A model generated the notes under the pieces. It was given only the letters and a program-made list of their open reading frames with translations. It was not told the origin of the DNA and did not search any database. From assembly GCA_009694435.1 (NCBI GenBank), contig SHUY01000002.1:1-60820 (forward strand): 60,820 nt of DNA, read 5' to 3'. Below, one piece after another: positions 1 through 8,649 of this stretch. Origin of the DNA: Acidimicrobiia bacterium (GTDB lineage Bacteria; Actinomycetota; Acidimicrobiia; IMCC26256; PALSA-555). The translations under genes and the position numbers were made by a program. Every line of letters starts with the position of its first letter. The stretch's first letter is position 1.

Positions 1-836
1 CTGACCGCAGCACGCTCGAAGAATTGCGGCACCGAGGTTTTTCTGAGCGCATGATCAAGAGTTTTTGGCGACCGCTATTTGCGGGTATTCAATTAGACCC
101 TGATCTAGAAGTATCGGCGAAACGATTTGCTTTAGTTATGGCCATGATCGCCGAAGGTGACGCCGCGGTTCCGGAATTAGGCATAGGAGCGATAAGCGAT
201 CAACTCGCGGCAAAATTGCCGAGTGGGATAATTGAATTAGAAACTGCGGTAACCGAGATAACTGCTACCGGTGTACGCGTCGGCGACGGCCGCGAAATAG
301 ATGCGCGCGCGGTGGTAGTCGCGACCGAAAGCCCGGCGGCGGCTCGTTTGGTTAAAACTAAAGACCCAGGTTCACGACCGGTAGCAAACTTGCAGTTTTC
401 TGCTCCCCAGGCACCAGTTGACGATCGGCTAACAATTCTTAACGGAACTGGCGACGGACCGGTGACCAACCTTGCCATTATGAGCAACGTGGCCCCCACT
501 TACGCTCCCCCAAATCGATCTCTCATTTCGATCGAAGTGCCCGGTATATACCTCGGGGACGATCGCGAGTTGCTTACGGCGGTTACTGCGCAAATGAGAG
601 ACTGGTTTGGTGGACAAGTTGATGAATGGGAGTTGCTGCGTAACTTGCGCATAGAGCACGGACATCCCAACCAACTGCCCGGATTTTCACCCAAGAAAAA
701 TATTCGCCTCGGTGAATACCGGTACGTGTGTGGTGACCACCGCGATACCGCTTCTAGCCAAGGAGCGCTTTATTCGGGTCGGCGAACTGCGAGTGCGGTG
801 ATTACTGATCTAAGTACCAACGCCCAAAGAAAATAA
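1..836 (+). CDS. FAD/NAD(P)-dependent oxidoreductase (amine-oxidase-like), C-terminal part; 5' end lies outside the window
   Basis: The frame is open from the window edge (pos 3) to the stop at 834-836. The family call is a by-eye impression of the overall sequence (RGFSERMIKSFWRPLFAGIQLD near the N-terminal end), not a match to a named motif. Confidence 0.55.
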   Translation, partial: DRSTLEELRHRGFSERMIKSFWRPLFAGIQLDPDLEVSAKRFALVMAMIAEGDAAVPELGIGAISDQLAAKLPSGIIELETAVTEITATGVRVGDGREIDARAVVVATESPAAARLVKTKDPGSRPVANLQFSAPQAPVDDRLTILNGTGDGPVTNLAIMSNVAPTYAPPNRSLISIEVPGIYLGDDRELLTAVTAQMRDWFGGQVDEWELLRNLRIEHGHPNQLPGFSPKKNIRLGEYRYVCGDHRDTASSQGALYSGRRTASAVITDLSTNAQRK

Positions 837-849
837 GTTTGGACGCGAT

Positions 850-1998
850 TTAGTCTCGGGGGGAACTCTCCAGACTCAACTTTGATCCGCCGTCAATAAA
901 TCGCAACACGGATTCACCGTTCAGCAGGGCACGCAAATCGTCACCCACCATCTTGGCTCGCCATCCATTGTCTAAGCGCGACGGGCGTTCGTTGACTAAC
1001 GCTTTTACGTCGTCGCGGGTGGCCAGCAGTCGAGGGTCGATGCGTTCGTTTTCCGCCACTTGGGAGGTCCAACCCGTCAAAAGACCTGACGCAGCGTCCA
1101 ACGAAGGGTCAGCCGAATGTTTAGGAGGTAATTTAAGATCCGAAGGCGACATGGTTCGAGCGGACTCAATAGCCGACAGGATCTGCGCCACCGACGACTT
1201 GGAGAGATTCCCGGCGCCGCGCACTCGCAATACGTCAGCCGCAGTATTCGGTGGGCGTTGGACAAGAGCGGCTAAAGCAAGGTCCGACATCACGAACCGG
1301 GGTGGCAGGTCTTCAGTTTCAGCTCGATGTTCTCGCCAAGACGACAAAGACTGAGCAATGGCCGCTTGTTCACCTTTTAGCGAACGAGACCCTTTAATTT
1401 TCCACCAAGTGGTGTCTGGGTCCGAGTAACGAGAAGAACTGGCGCGAAGTATTTCACACTCCGTAGCCGCCCATTCGGTTCGTCCATTAGCCTCAAGTTG
1501 TCGAATCAATTCATCGCGCAGGGCAAAAAGGTGCGCAACATCGCCTGCGGCGTAATCGAGCACCGATTCCGACAAAGGCCGGCGCGACCAGTCAGAGAGT
1601 TGATCGCCTTTATCTAGCCGTATTCGTAAAAGCGCCCACACCAATGACGCTAACGACGGCTGGCTCATACCAATGAATCCAGCACTGAGTTGAGTATCGA
1701 ATAAACAAGTCGGCCGCGCCCCACACGCTCGCTCAATGATCGGTAAATCACCGCTACCCGCGTGAGTAATCATGGTCCCCGGACCCAGCAATACCTCACT
1801 AAGTCCGGATACATCACAAGCCAGTGGATCAATTAGTGCGAGACCGCCCGACCACGCTATTTGGATTAAACACAACTTGGGTCGATAAGAGCGCTCGGCG
1901 ACAAACTCGGTATCGAGTCCGTAGGCTGGCTCGGATCGTAAAGTAGCAATTACCGCCTCTAGCGCTTGATCGGTATCGACCAACTCAAGATTTGCCAT
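850..1998 (-). CDS. rnd: ribonuclease D (DEDD 3'-5' exonuclease plus HRDC domain)
   Basis: 382-aa ORF. It has the LDTEFV...LCLIQIA exonuclease motif, YAAGDVAHL, and a C-terminal HRDC-like region. Confidence 0.8.
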   Translation of the reverse strand: MANLELVDTDQALEAVIATLRSEPAYGLDTEFVAERSYRPKLCLIQIAWSGGLALIDPLACDVSGLSEVLLGPGTMITHAGSGDLPIIERACGARPTCLFDTQLSAGFIGMSQPSLASLVWALLRIRLDKGDQLSDWSRRPLSESVLDYAAGDVAHLFALRDELIRQLEANGRTEWAATECEILRASSSRYSDPDTTWWKIKGSRSLKGEQAAIAQSLSSWREHRAETEDLPPRFVMSDLALAALVQRPPNTAADVLRVRGAGNLSKSSVAQILSAIESARTMSPSDLKLPPKHSADPSLDAASGLLTGWTSQVAENERIDPRLLATRDDVKALVNERPSRLDNGWRAKMVGDDLRALLNGESVLRFIDGGSKLSLESSPRD

Positions 1999-2028
1999 CG
2001 TAAAACCCTATCGGGCGCACTCCGCCGA

Positions 2029-2604
2029 CTAGCGAACAGGGGGAGCGTTCCATTGCGTTATCACCTTGGTCTCTCGTTCATAGCCCAAAACACTCAGCGT
2101 GGCCGTGCCTAGAGCAAGGTGGGAACCGTTGATGGCCGGCAGGCCCATCCATCGAGCCCCCAAAATGCGCAAGATGTGACCGTGAGCGACCAGGGCGACC
2201 ACACCATCAGTCGCATCAACTCGTTCAATGACTTGATTTGCGCGCGCACCTACTTCGTCGGCGGTCTCACCGCCAAAAACTTTGCCGGTAAAGATGGTCC
2301 AATTAGGAATTTCTTTACGGATGTTGGCAGTAGTACGACCTTCGTACTCGCCGTAATTCCATTCTCGTAAATTCTCTTCGGTTATTGCCTTACCGTCGAT
2401 TCCCGCTAGACGAGCAGTTTCTTGGGCCCGCGCGAGCGGACTGACTAACACTAAAGAGAAGTCCCATTTTTTTAGTGGGTCAAGTAGTGACTGTGCTTGC
2501 TTGCGACCCTTGTCCGTAAGTGGGATATCAGTGCTGCCGGTATGGCGCCCCGAGAGACTCCACTCGGTCTCGCCGTGGCGCACAAGTACGACTTCGCTGG
2601 CCAT
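2029..2604 (-). CDS. histidine phosphatase family protein (phosphoglycerate-mutase-like)
   Basis: RHGETEWS catalytic motif near the N-terminus. The start is taken at the MASEVVLVRHGE Met; the ORF extends to 2622. Confidence 0.8.
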   Translation of the reverse strand: MASEVVLVRHGETEWSLSGRHTGSTDIPLTDKGRKQAQSLLDPLKKWDFSLVLVSPLARAQETARLAGIDGKAITEENLREWNYGEYEGRTTANIRKEIPNWTIFTGKVFGGETADEVGARANQVIERVDATDGVVALVAHGHILRILGARWMGLPAINGSHLALGTATLSVLGYERETKVITQWNAPPVR

Positions 2605-2645
2605 GGCGCTACAATGACACATATGCCCAACGACTAGTTGGGCCT

Positions 2646-2746
2646 AAGCGGGGAGCTCGGGACAGCCGGGCTGAGAGGGTGACCACGCCACAAGCGCGTC
2701 ACCGACCCCATGAACCTGCTCCGGGTAATTCCGGCGAAGGGAGTGG
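2646..2746 (+). promoter_or_regulatory. TPP (THI-box) riboswitch
   Basis: Conserved CTGAGA at 2671-2676 and ACCTGCTCCGGGTAATTCCGGCGAAGGGA at 2714-2742. It sits directly upstream of thiamine genes, and the GGGAG SD (2739-2743) lies within its 3' limb. Confidence 0.85.
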
Positions 2747-2749
2747 ATT

Positions 2750-3424
2750 ATGGTTGTTCCCTCTTCAGGCCAAGGACCGCAAGAACTAGGCGCGTTCATT
2801 TTTTCTGGTGGAGAGCCGGTAAACCCTGAAATTGTTGCCTTAATCCCAAAAAATTCTTTAATTATTGGTGCCGACTCCGGGGTAAAACACGCCCTTGATT
2901 TAGGTTTCACCGTTGCCATCGCCGTGGGCGACTTCGACTCACTTGCCCCCGAAATCCTGGCCCAGATAACTGCGGCAGGAACCAAAATCGAAATGCACCC
3001 CCCCGACAAAGATGCCACCGATCTCGAGCTCGCGCTGGATACGGCGGTACGCCACGGCGCCAAATCGATAACCATCATTGGCGGCCACGGAGGCCGCCTA
3101 GACCACTTCTTGGCTAACGCCCAACTTTTGGGGGCGAAAAAATTTGCTTCTGCAAAAATTGAAGCCTGGTTTGACACAACTCGAGTAACTGCAATTCATG
3201 ATCAAGCTCAAGTGACCGGATACCCCGGAGCAATTATTTCGCTCATAACAGTAGGGCCACCCGCCACGGGAGTAACCACCACCGGACTCAGGTTTGCCCT
3301 GGAGGACGCCGAGATTGTGGCGGGAGCAACCTTGGGGGTTAGTAACGAGTTTATCAGCTCTAAGGCGACAGTCGTAATAAAAACCGGAACTATTTTAGCC
3401 GTACAACCCGATGGATTGATTTAA
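2750..3424 (+). CDS. thiN: thiamine pyrophosphokinase
   Basis: 224 aa with the IIGADSG...GDFDS motif and GGHGGRLDH. It is the first gene after the TPP riboswitch. Confidence 0.8.
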   Translation: MVVPSSGQGPQELGAFIFSGGEPVNPEIVALIPKNSLIIGADSGVKHALDLGFTVAIAVGDFDSLAPEILAQITAAGTKIEMHPPDKDATDLELALDTAVRHGAKSITIIGGHGGRLDHFLANAQLLGAKKFASAKIEAWFDTTRVTAIHDQAQVTGYPGAIISLITVGPPATGVTTTGLRFALEDAEIVAGATLGVSNEFISSKATVVIKTGTILAVQPDGLI

Positions 3425-4479
3425 TGAAACGCTTAGCGCTTCTATTGGCCGCAACTCTAATTACCAGTGGCACATACGCTGCGAGTTACCAAAAATCTAG
3501 TAGTGCGGCGGAAGAAAAAACTATTACATTAGTGACTCACGATTCTTTCTCTATATCCAAATCCACTCTTAAATCATTTACTCAAAAGACCGAAATACGA
3601 GTTCGGTTGCTTTTGTCGGGTGACGCGGCCGTAGCTCTTAACCAAACCATTCTCACTAAAGACCAGCCGCTGGGTGACGCGCTTTACGGTATTGACAACA
3701 CTTTTTTATCTCGAGGGCTGTCCGCCAATCTCTTTATCCCCTACCGTTCTCCGGCGCTGAGCACCGTTGGTGAAGAGTTCAAAACCGGTGAAGATTATCG
3801 AGTCACTCCAATTGACTACAGCGATGTTTGTATCAATTTTGACAAAAACTGGTTCGCCGATCGCAACCTCGCAGTCCCTCAAACTTGGAATGACCTTATT
3901 GAAAGAAAGTACAAAAATCTTTTGGTAGTAGAAAATCCAGCTACCTCTTCACCCGGTTTAGCGTTTGTCCTTGCCACCATAAAACACTTTGGTGATTCGC
4001 AGTGGCGGCAATATTGGAAAAAATTACGCAAAAATGGAGTTCAAGTAACTGACGGTTGGGAATCGGCTTACAACGGAGTGTTTAGTGCGGGGGCCGGCAA
4101 CGGTGATCGGCCATTAGTTGTTTCTTACGCCTCTAGTCCCGCAGCTGCGGTCTACTACTCAGATCCACAATTAGACGCTTCTCCGGTTGGCACCATGCTC
4201 GATAGTTGTTTTCGTCAAACTGAATACGTAGGAATTTTGCGGGGCACTAAGCACCAAGCCGAGGCGAAAAAATTGGTTGACTTCATGTTGACTCGCAAAT
4301 TCCAAGAAGACATACCGCTACAAATGTTCGTATTTCCCGTAAGAAACGATGTGGAACTACCACCAGTATTCAAAAACTTTGCCGAGGTCGCACCCGATCC
4401 ACAAGCAATTAGTTCGAGCCGCATCGAAAAAAATCGAGAGAAATGGATAGCCGACTGGACTGAGACGGTTTTGCGGTGA
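3424..4479 (+). CDS. thiB: thiamine ABC transporter substrate-binding protein (ThiB/TbpA-like)
   Basis: 351 aa with an N-terminal signal-like segment and a periplasmic binding protein type-2 pattern. Its start overlaps the thiN stop by 1 nt (TAATG), placing it in the riboswitch operon. Confidence 0.7.
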   Translation: MKRLALLLAATLITSGTYAASYQKSSSAAEEKTITLVTHDSFSISKSTLKSFTQKTEIRVRLLLSGDAAVALNQTILTKDQPLGDALYGIDNTFLSRGLSANLFIPYRSPALSTVGEEFKTGEDYRVTPIDYSDVCINFDKNWFADRNLAVPQTWNDLIERKYKNLLVVENPATSSPGLAFVLATIKHFGDSQWRQYWKKLRKNGVQVTDGWESAYNGVFSAGAGNGDRPLVVSYASSPAAAVYYSDPQLDASPVGTMLDSCFRQTEYVGILRGTKHQAEAKKLVDFMLTRKFQEDIPLQMFVFPVRNDVELPPVFKNFAEVAPDPQAISSSRIEKNREKWIADWTETVLR

Positions 4480-6089
4480 TTGTCGACCAGGCCCCGTATT
4501 CACTCCGCCAGGCCCTAAAGACAGGGTTGACGGTAGGAATACCGGTGATATTTCTGCTCGGGCTATTCGTTGTACCAGTAGTAAATATCCTAAGTCGCGG
4601 CTTGCAAGTTGGGGGCGAACTCGACTTGAGCCCAGTAATAGATGTTATTAAAAGTGAATCCCTGCGAAAGATTATTGCCTTTACCTTTGTTCAAGCCACG
4701 ATCTCAACTTTGTTGACGGTGATCGTAGGTATTCCTGGTGCTTACGTTCTTTATCGCTACCGCTTTACTGGGCGAGGGCTGGTACGAGCCCTAGTAACGG
4801 TTCCTTTTGTGCTTCCGACCATGGTGGTTGCTTCGGCGTTTCTTGCTCTCGGGGTAAAAACATCTTTCGGGGCCATACTGGTTGCCCACATTTTTTTCAA
4901 TTACGCCGTAGTCGTAAGAACCGTTGGCGGGCTGTGGGCTCACCTAGATCACAGAACGGAACTCGCCGCCCAAGTTCTAGGGGCTTCAAAAATTAAAACT
5001 TTTGTCCACATAACTCTTCCCGCTTTGCGTCCCGCAATACTGGCCGCAGGAGCCATTTGTTTTCTTTTCACCTTTACCTCGTTCGGAATAATTTTAATTT
5101 TGGGTGGTCCCAGTCGAGCCACTCTGGAGACTGAGATCTACCGACAAACCGCACAACTCCTCGACTTCAAAACTGCGGCCGGGCTTTCGGTAGTGCAACT
5201 AATCGCCGTAACCGGAGTTTTATTGATAACCAGCCGACTCATCACTCGGCAAAATATTGCCCTGGGGTTGGTTCCGGCAGACCGAACCCCCAGAGTGCGC
5301 ACACGCCAGCAACGACTGCTGCTATTAAGCAATTTATCTTTCATGGCCTTACTTCTCGGCCTACCAATGGCCACACTCGTAATTCGATCGTTTAGCACTC
5401 CCACTGGGTTTGGGCTGGCGTACTACCGAGCGCTGGGGACTTTGCGAGCCGACAGTGTTTTATTCGTGCCTCCAGTGGAGGCCATAAAAAACTCAATAGT
5501 CATCGCGGTGATTTCTGCAGTAATTGCCGTTACCGTCGGCGGCTTAGCCGCGCACGCCATTATTCGTTACGGCCAAGCACTAAATACCGCTTTAACAATT
5601 CCACTGGGAGTGTCGGCGGTAACAGTTGGGTTTGGATTTCTAATAACTTTTGACACCGCCCCTTTTAACTTCCGCTCTTCGTGGCTTCTTTTACCTTTCG
5701 CTCACGCACTTATTGCTATTCCGTTTGTCGTACGAGCAATTACCCCAATTCTCTCGTCAATAGATCCTCGCCTACGTGAAGTAGCGGAGACTTTGGGAGC
5801 TAATCCACTGCAGGTTTGGCGCGAAGTGGACTTACCTATATCGGCCCGGGCCTATCTGGTAGGGGCCGGATTTGCTATCGCCATATCCCTCGGCGAATTT
5901 GGCGCGACCGCCTTTCTGGCTCGCCCCGACCGCCCCACCCTCCCGGTGGTTATCGCTCGCCTACTCAGTCAGCCGGGAGAATTGAACTTTGGTGCCGCGC
6001 TCGCGGCAAGTTCGGTTTTAATGGTTCTAGTTGCCGGTGCTATTTTTGCTATTGAGCGAGCGCGGGTCGGGTCAGTGGGAACTTTCTAG
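4476..6089 (+). CDS. thiP: thiamine ABC transporter permease (duplicated MetI-like domains)
   Basis: 537 aa and highly hydrophobic, with a two-domain permease size typical of ThiP. It overlaps the upstream gene by 4 nt. Confidence 0.7.
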   Translation: MIVDQAPYSLRQALKTGLTVGIPVIFLLGLFVVPVVNILSRGLQVGGELDLSPVIDVIKSESLRKIIAFTFVQATISTLLTVIVGIPGAYVLYRYRFTGRGLVRALVTVPFVLPTMVVASAFLALGVKTSFGAILVAHIFFNYAVVVRTVGGLWAHLDHRTELAAQVLGASKIKTFVHITLPALRPAILAAGAICFLFTFTSFGIILILGGPSRATLETEIYRQTAQLLDFKTAAGLSVVQLIAVTGVLLITSRLITRQNIALGLVPADRTPRVRTRQQRLLLLSNLSFMALLLGLPMATLVIRSFSTPTGFGLAYYRALGTLRADSVLFVPPVEAIKNSIVIAVISAVIAVTVGGLAAHAIIRYGQALNTALTIPLGVSAVTVGFGFLITFDTAPFNFRSSWLLLPFAHALIAIPFVVRAITPILSSIDPRLREVAETLGANPLQVWREVDLPISARAYLVGAGFAIAISLGEFGATAFLARPDRPTLPVVIARLLSQPGELNFGAALAASSVLMVLVAGAIFAIERARVGSVGTF

Positions 6090-7103
6090 ATGGACCCCGT
6101 GCTTAGCGTCCAAGGGGTAACGGTTCGTTTCGGAGACCATCTCGCCCTTAATCAAGCAGATCTTTCTCTGGCGGCCAACGAAACTCTGGCGGTGTTGGGC
6201 CCGAGTGGGAGCGGTAAAAGCACTCTGCTGCGGGCGATTGCCGGCCTTGAGCCACTGGCCGCGGGAAGGATCGAAAGCTTAGGCGTCGACCTCGCCTCTT
6301 TTCCGACTCACCGACGGGGGTTAGGGCTGATGTTTCAAGACGCCACCCTTTTTCCCCATCGAGATGTTTTGGGAAATGTGATGTTCGGGTTAACCATGAA
6401 AGGCGAGAAACGAGGACAGTCAATTGGCCGGGCTCAGGCTGCACTCGAATTAGTCGGAATGGAGAAATTTGCGGACCGATCCGTGTCCGACTTATCGGGT
6501 GGTGAAGCACAAAGAGTCGCGCTAGCCCGCGCGTTAGCCCCCGAACCAAAATTGTTAATGCTGGACGAACCTTTCGGGGCTCTAGATCGTCCCCGTCGCG
6601 AGGAGCTCAACGAAGAGTTGCGCTCACTTTGTCAGCGTTTGCCTACTGCGGTTTTATTAGTAACTCATGACCACACAGAAGCTTTTGCTTTGGGCGATCG
6701 CGTCATGGTGTTACGAGAAGGGAAAGTAGAACAGACGGCAACACCAACTGACCTTTGGCGTAACCCCGCATCACCTTTTGTCGCCGAGTTCTTGGGCTGG
6801 AACGTAACTCACGATGCTCACGGTAGAGTTGCTGCTATTCGCCCCGACTCCATAACTCTCACTTGCGAGTTGGCGACCGATCAAGAAAGAGCCACCGTGG
6901 TGGCGCGCACTTTTCGTAAGAACCACTGGCGAATTCGAGTCGAAACCGCTAGTCGGCAAATACTTGAAGTAGAGATCGCCAATTCCAACTCCGATCGCAC
7001 TTTGGGGGCGGGCGGAGAGGGACTGGCTATTGGGCAATCGGTCGGAGTCGTAATCGATCCTGGAGCCGCAATCAGCTTTTCGGAGTTGCCCCTCAAGCCA
7101 TAA
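6090..7103 (+). CDS. thiQ: ABC transporter ATP-binding protein with C-terminal TOBE-like extension
   Basis: Walker A GPSGSGKST, signature LSGGEAQRV and Walker B LLMLDEP. It starts immediately after the permease stop. Confidence 0.8.
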   Translation: MDPVLSVQGVTVRFGDHLALNQADLSLAANETLAVLGPSGSGKSTLLRAIAGLEPLAAGRIESLGVDLASFPTHRRGLGLMFQDATLFPHRDVLGNVMFGLTMKGEKRGQSIGRAQAALELVGMEKFADRSVSDLSGGEAQRVALARALAPEPKLLMLDEPFGALDRPRREELNEELRSLCQRLPTAVLLVTHDHTEAFALGDRVMVLREGKVEQTATPTDLWRNPASPFVAEFLGWNVTHDAHGRVAAIRPDSITLTCELATDQERATVVARTFRKNHWRIRVETASRQILEVEIANSNSDRTLGAGGEGLAIGQSVGVVIDPGAAISFSELPLKP

Positions 7104-7231
7104 CTCAAATAAACACTGGCTTATAATAGGACTGACAAGGGACCCCGCACTCTCTAGCATGGCCTTTAGTCCGAGTCCTTTAAAATGTCGCTGCAGGATT
7201 ATTCTATAAATCCGACCAGGAGAAGCGCTCA

Positions 7232-7873
7232 GTGAACCTTGCCCCCATTGAAGAAGCCGTACGCCGGATTAAGCGCGGTGAGATGGTCATCGTTATTGAC
7301 GATGACGATCGCGAGAACGAAGGCGATCTGACGATGGCGGCTTCGTGGGTAACCCCCGAAGCAATCAACTTCATGATCACTTGGGCGCGCGGCTTGGTGT
7401 GCATGCCGGGCGCTCCCGAAGTTCTTGACTCACTTAAAATTTCTCCCATGGTGGCGGCGGGTGAAGAAGGGTGCGATACCGCTTTTTGTATTTCTATCGA
7501 TCACCGCGACGCGGGCAGCGGAATTGGAGCAGCTGATCGAGCGTTGACTATTCGCCGGGTGATTGACTCCGCCGCCAAGCCAGAAGAGTTCATTCGCCCC
7601 GGGCATGTGTTCCCTTTACGCGCGTTACCCGGTGGAACTCATTCCCGCCGAGGCCACACCGAAGCGGCAGTTGACTTAGCAGTGTTGGCCGGATTGCCTC
7701 CGGTGGCAGTGATTTGTGAAGTGCTCGATAAAGATGGTTCGCCCGCTCGGGCGACTTACCTAGAAGAATTTTCTACTGATCACCGAATCATTGTGGTCTC
7801 GGTCGGCCAAATCGCCGAATACCGGTTGGCACAAGAAACAGATGCGTCAAAGAGTGGAACTTTAGTTCTGTAA
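7232..7873 (+). CDS. ribB: 3,4-dihydroxy-2-butanone-4-phosphate synthase (stand-alone, no GTP cyclohydrolase II domain)
   Basis: 213 aa with the VIVIDDDDRENEGDLTMAA motif. GTG start preceded by an AGGAGAAG SD. Confidence 0.85.
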   Translation: MNLAPIEEAVRRIKRGEMVIVIDDDDRENEGDLTMAASWVTPEAINFMITWARGLVCMPGAPEVLDSLKISPMVAAGEEGCDTAFCISIDHRDAGSGIGAADRALTIRRVIDSAAKPEEFIRPGHVFPLRALPGGTHSRRGHTEAAVDLAVLAGLPPVAVICEVLDKDGSPARATYLEEFSTDHRIIVVSVGQIAEYRLAQETDASKSGTLVL

Positions 7874-7874
7874 C

Positions 7875-8570
7875 TCAGACCAGCAGCGACAGAACTATTG
7901 CTCCTTGCGCTAAATAATACGTCACCATAATTGCCAGTTGAGTGAGAGTCTTGTTTTTCACTAAAGGACTCTTGATGAAACGAGACTCGGCGATAAGCGA
8001 GTCGGAGAGCATAAACAAAAGTGCTCCAACGGCAGCTACGGCGTTGCCACTCGAAATCGCTCCGATCACCATGGCACTAATAGCCCCGAGGTAGGTCACG
8101 ACGGGAACAATCAGTTTGGACTGACCCGAGTTGCGCAGTGCCTTAATTATTCGTCGGGCTAGTGGCCAGGCGAGCAAAATCACTACTCCGGCGACGATCA
8201 GGTAAGTCGTGGGGGTAACACCGAACAAAACAAAGGCAACGGCGTAAAGAACTTGAGCGATAAAAAATGCACCTAAACCCGCAACGAAGTGATCTTTGGG
8301 TAACATCAAAAATACATCGCCGGCCAACGAAGCCACCAGCGCGACCACTATTAGTGCGCGGGCGTCGAGATTGGTTGGGTTAAGCGTGGCCGCTACCACT
8401 ACTAACGCCATGGTCGCTCCGGGCTTGCACCAGTACTCGAGCCGACGAGAATCTCGAATTACTGCCCGCCAGTCACCCACCGCCAAAACGATCGCGATGA
8501 TGAGTGCTCCAATAGCCACAGCGGTCATGAGGTCAGTATGGCCGAGATGAAGTGGCGGAGCAGAGAACAA
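7875..8570 (-). CDS. YhhN-family (lysoplasmalogenase-like) integral membrane protein
   Basis: About 7 predicted hydrophobic helices and an LAGDVFLM motif resembling the YhhN signature. The start is uncertain (alternative Met at 8528). Confidence 0.55.
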   Translation of the reverse strand: MFSAPPLHLGHTDLMTAVAIGALIIAIVLAVGDWRAVIRDSRRLEYWCKPGATMALVVVAATLNPTNLDARALIVVALVASLAGDVFLMLPKDHFVAGLGAFFIAQVLYAVAFVLFGVTPTTYLIVAGVVILLAWPLARRIIKALRNSGQSKLIVPVVTYLGAISAMVIGAISSGNAVAAVGALLFMLSDSLIAESRFIKSPLVKNKTLTQLAIMVTYYLAQGAIVLSLLV

Positions 8571-8649
8571 AAACTGTAAGAAATAAGGCTTTACGCGCTC
8601 TCTCGAGTGTGTCTATTTATGTTTATCAACACCCATCTAGCCTTTGGGC

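Noticed and set aside
2644-3177. 177-aa minus-strand ORF overlapping the riboswitch and thiN
   Set aside because: It is antisense to a well-supported CDS with clear motifs. Its composition (Ala/Ser/Pro/Trp-rich) is typical of shadow ORFs in GC-rich DNA.
7104-7231. Possible FMN (RFN) riboswitch upstream of ribB
   Set aside because: The 128-nt spacer is shorter than a typical RFN element. I could not find the conserved AGGGTGAAATTCCC or CCGGCGGT core segments on either strand.
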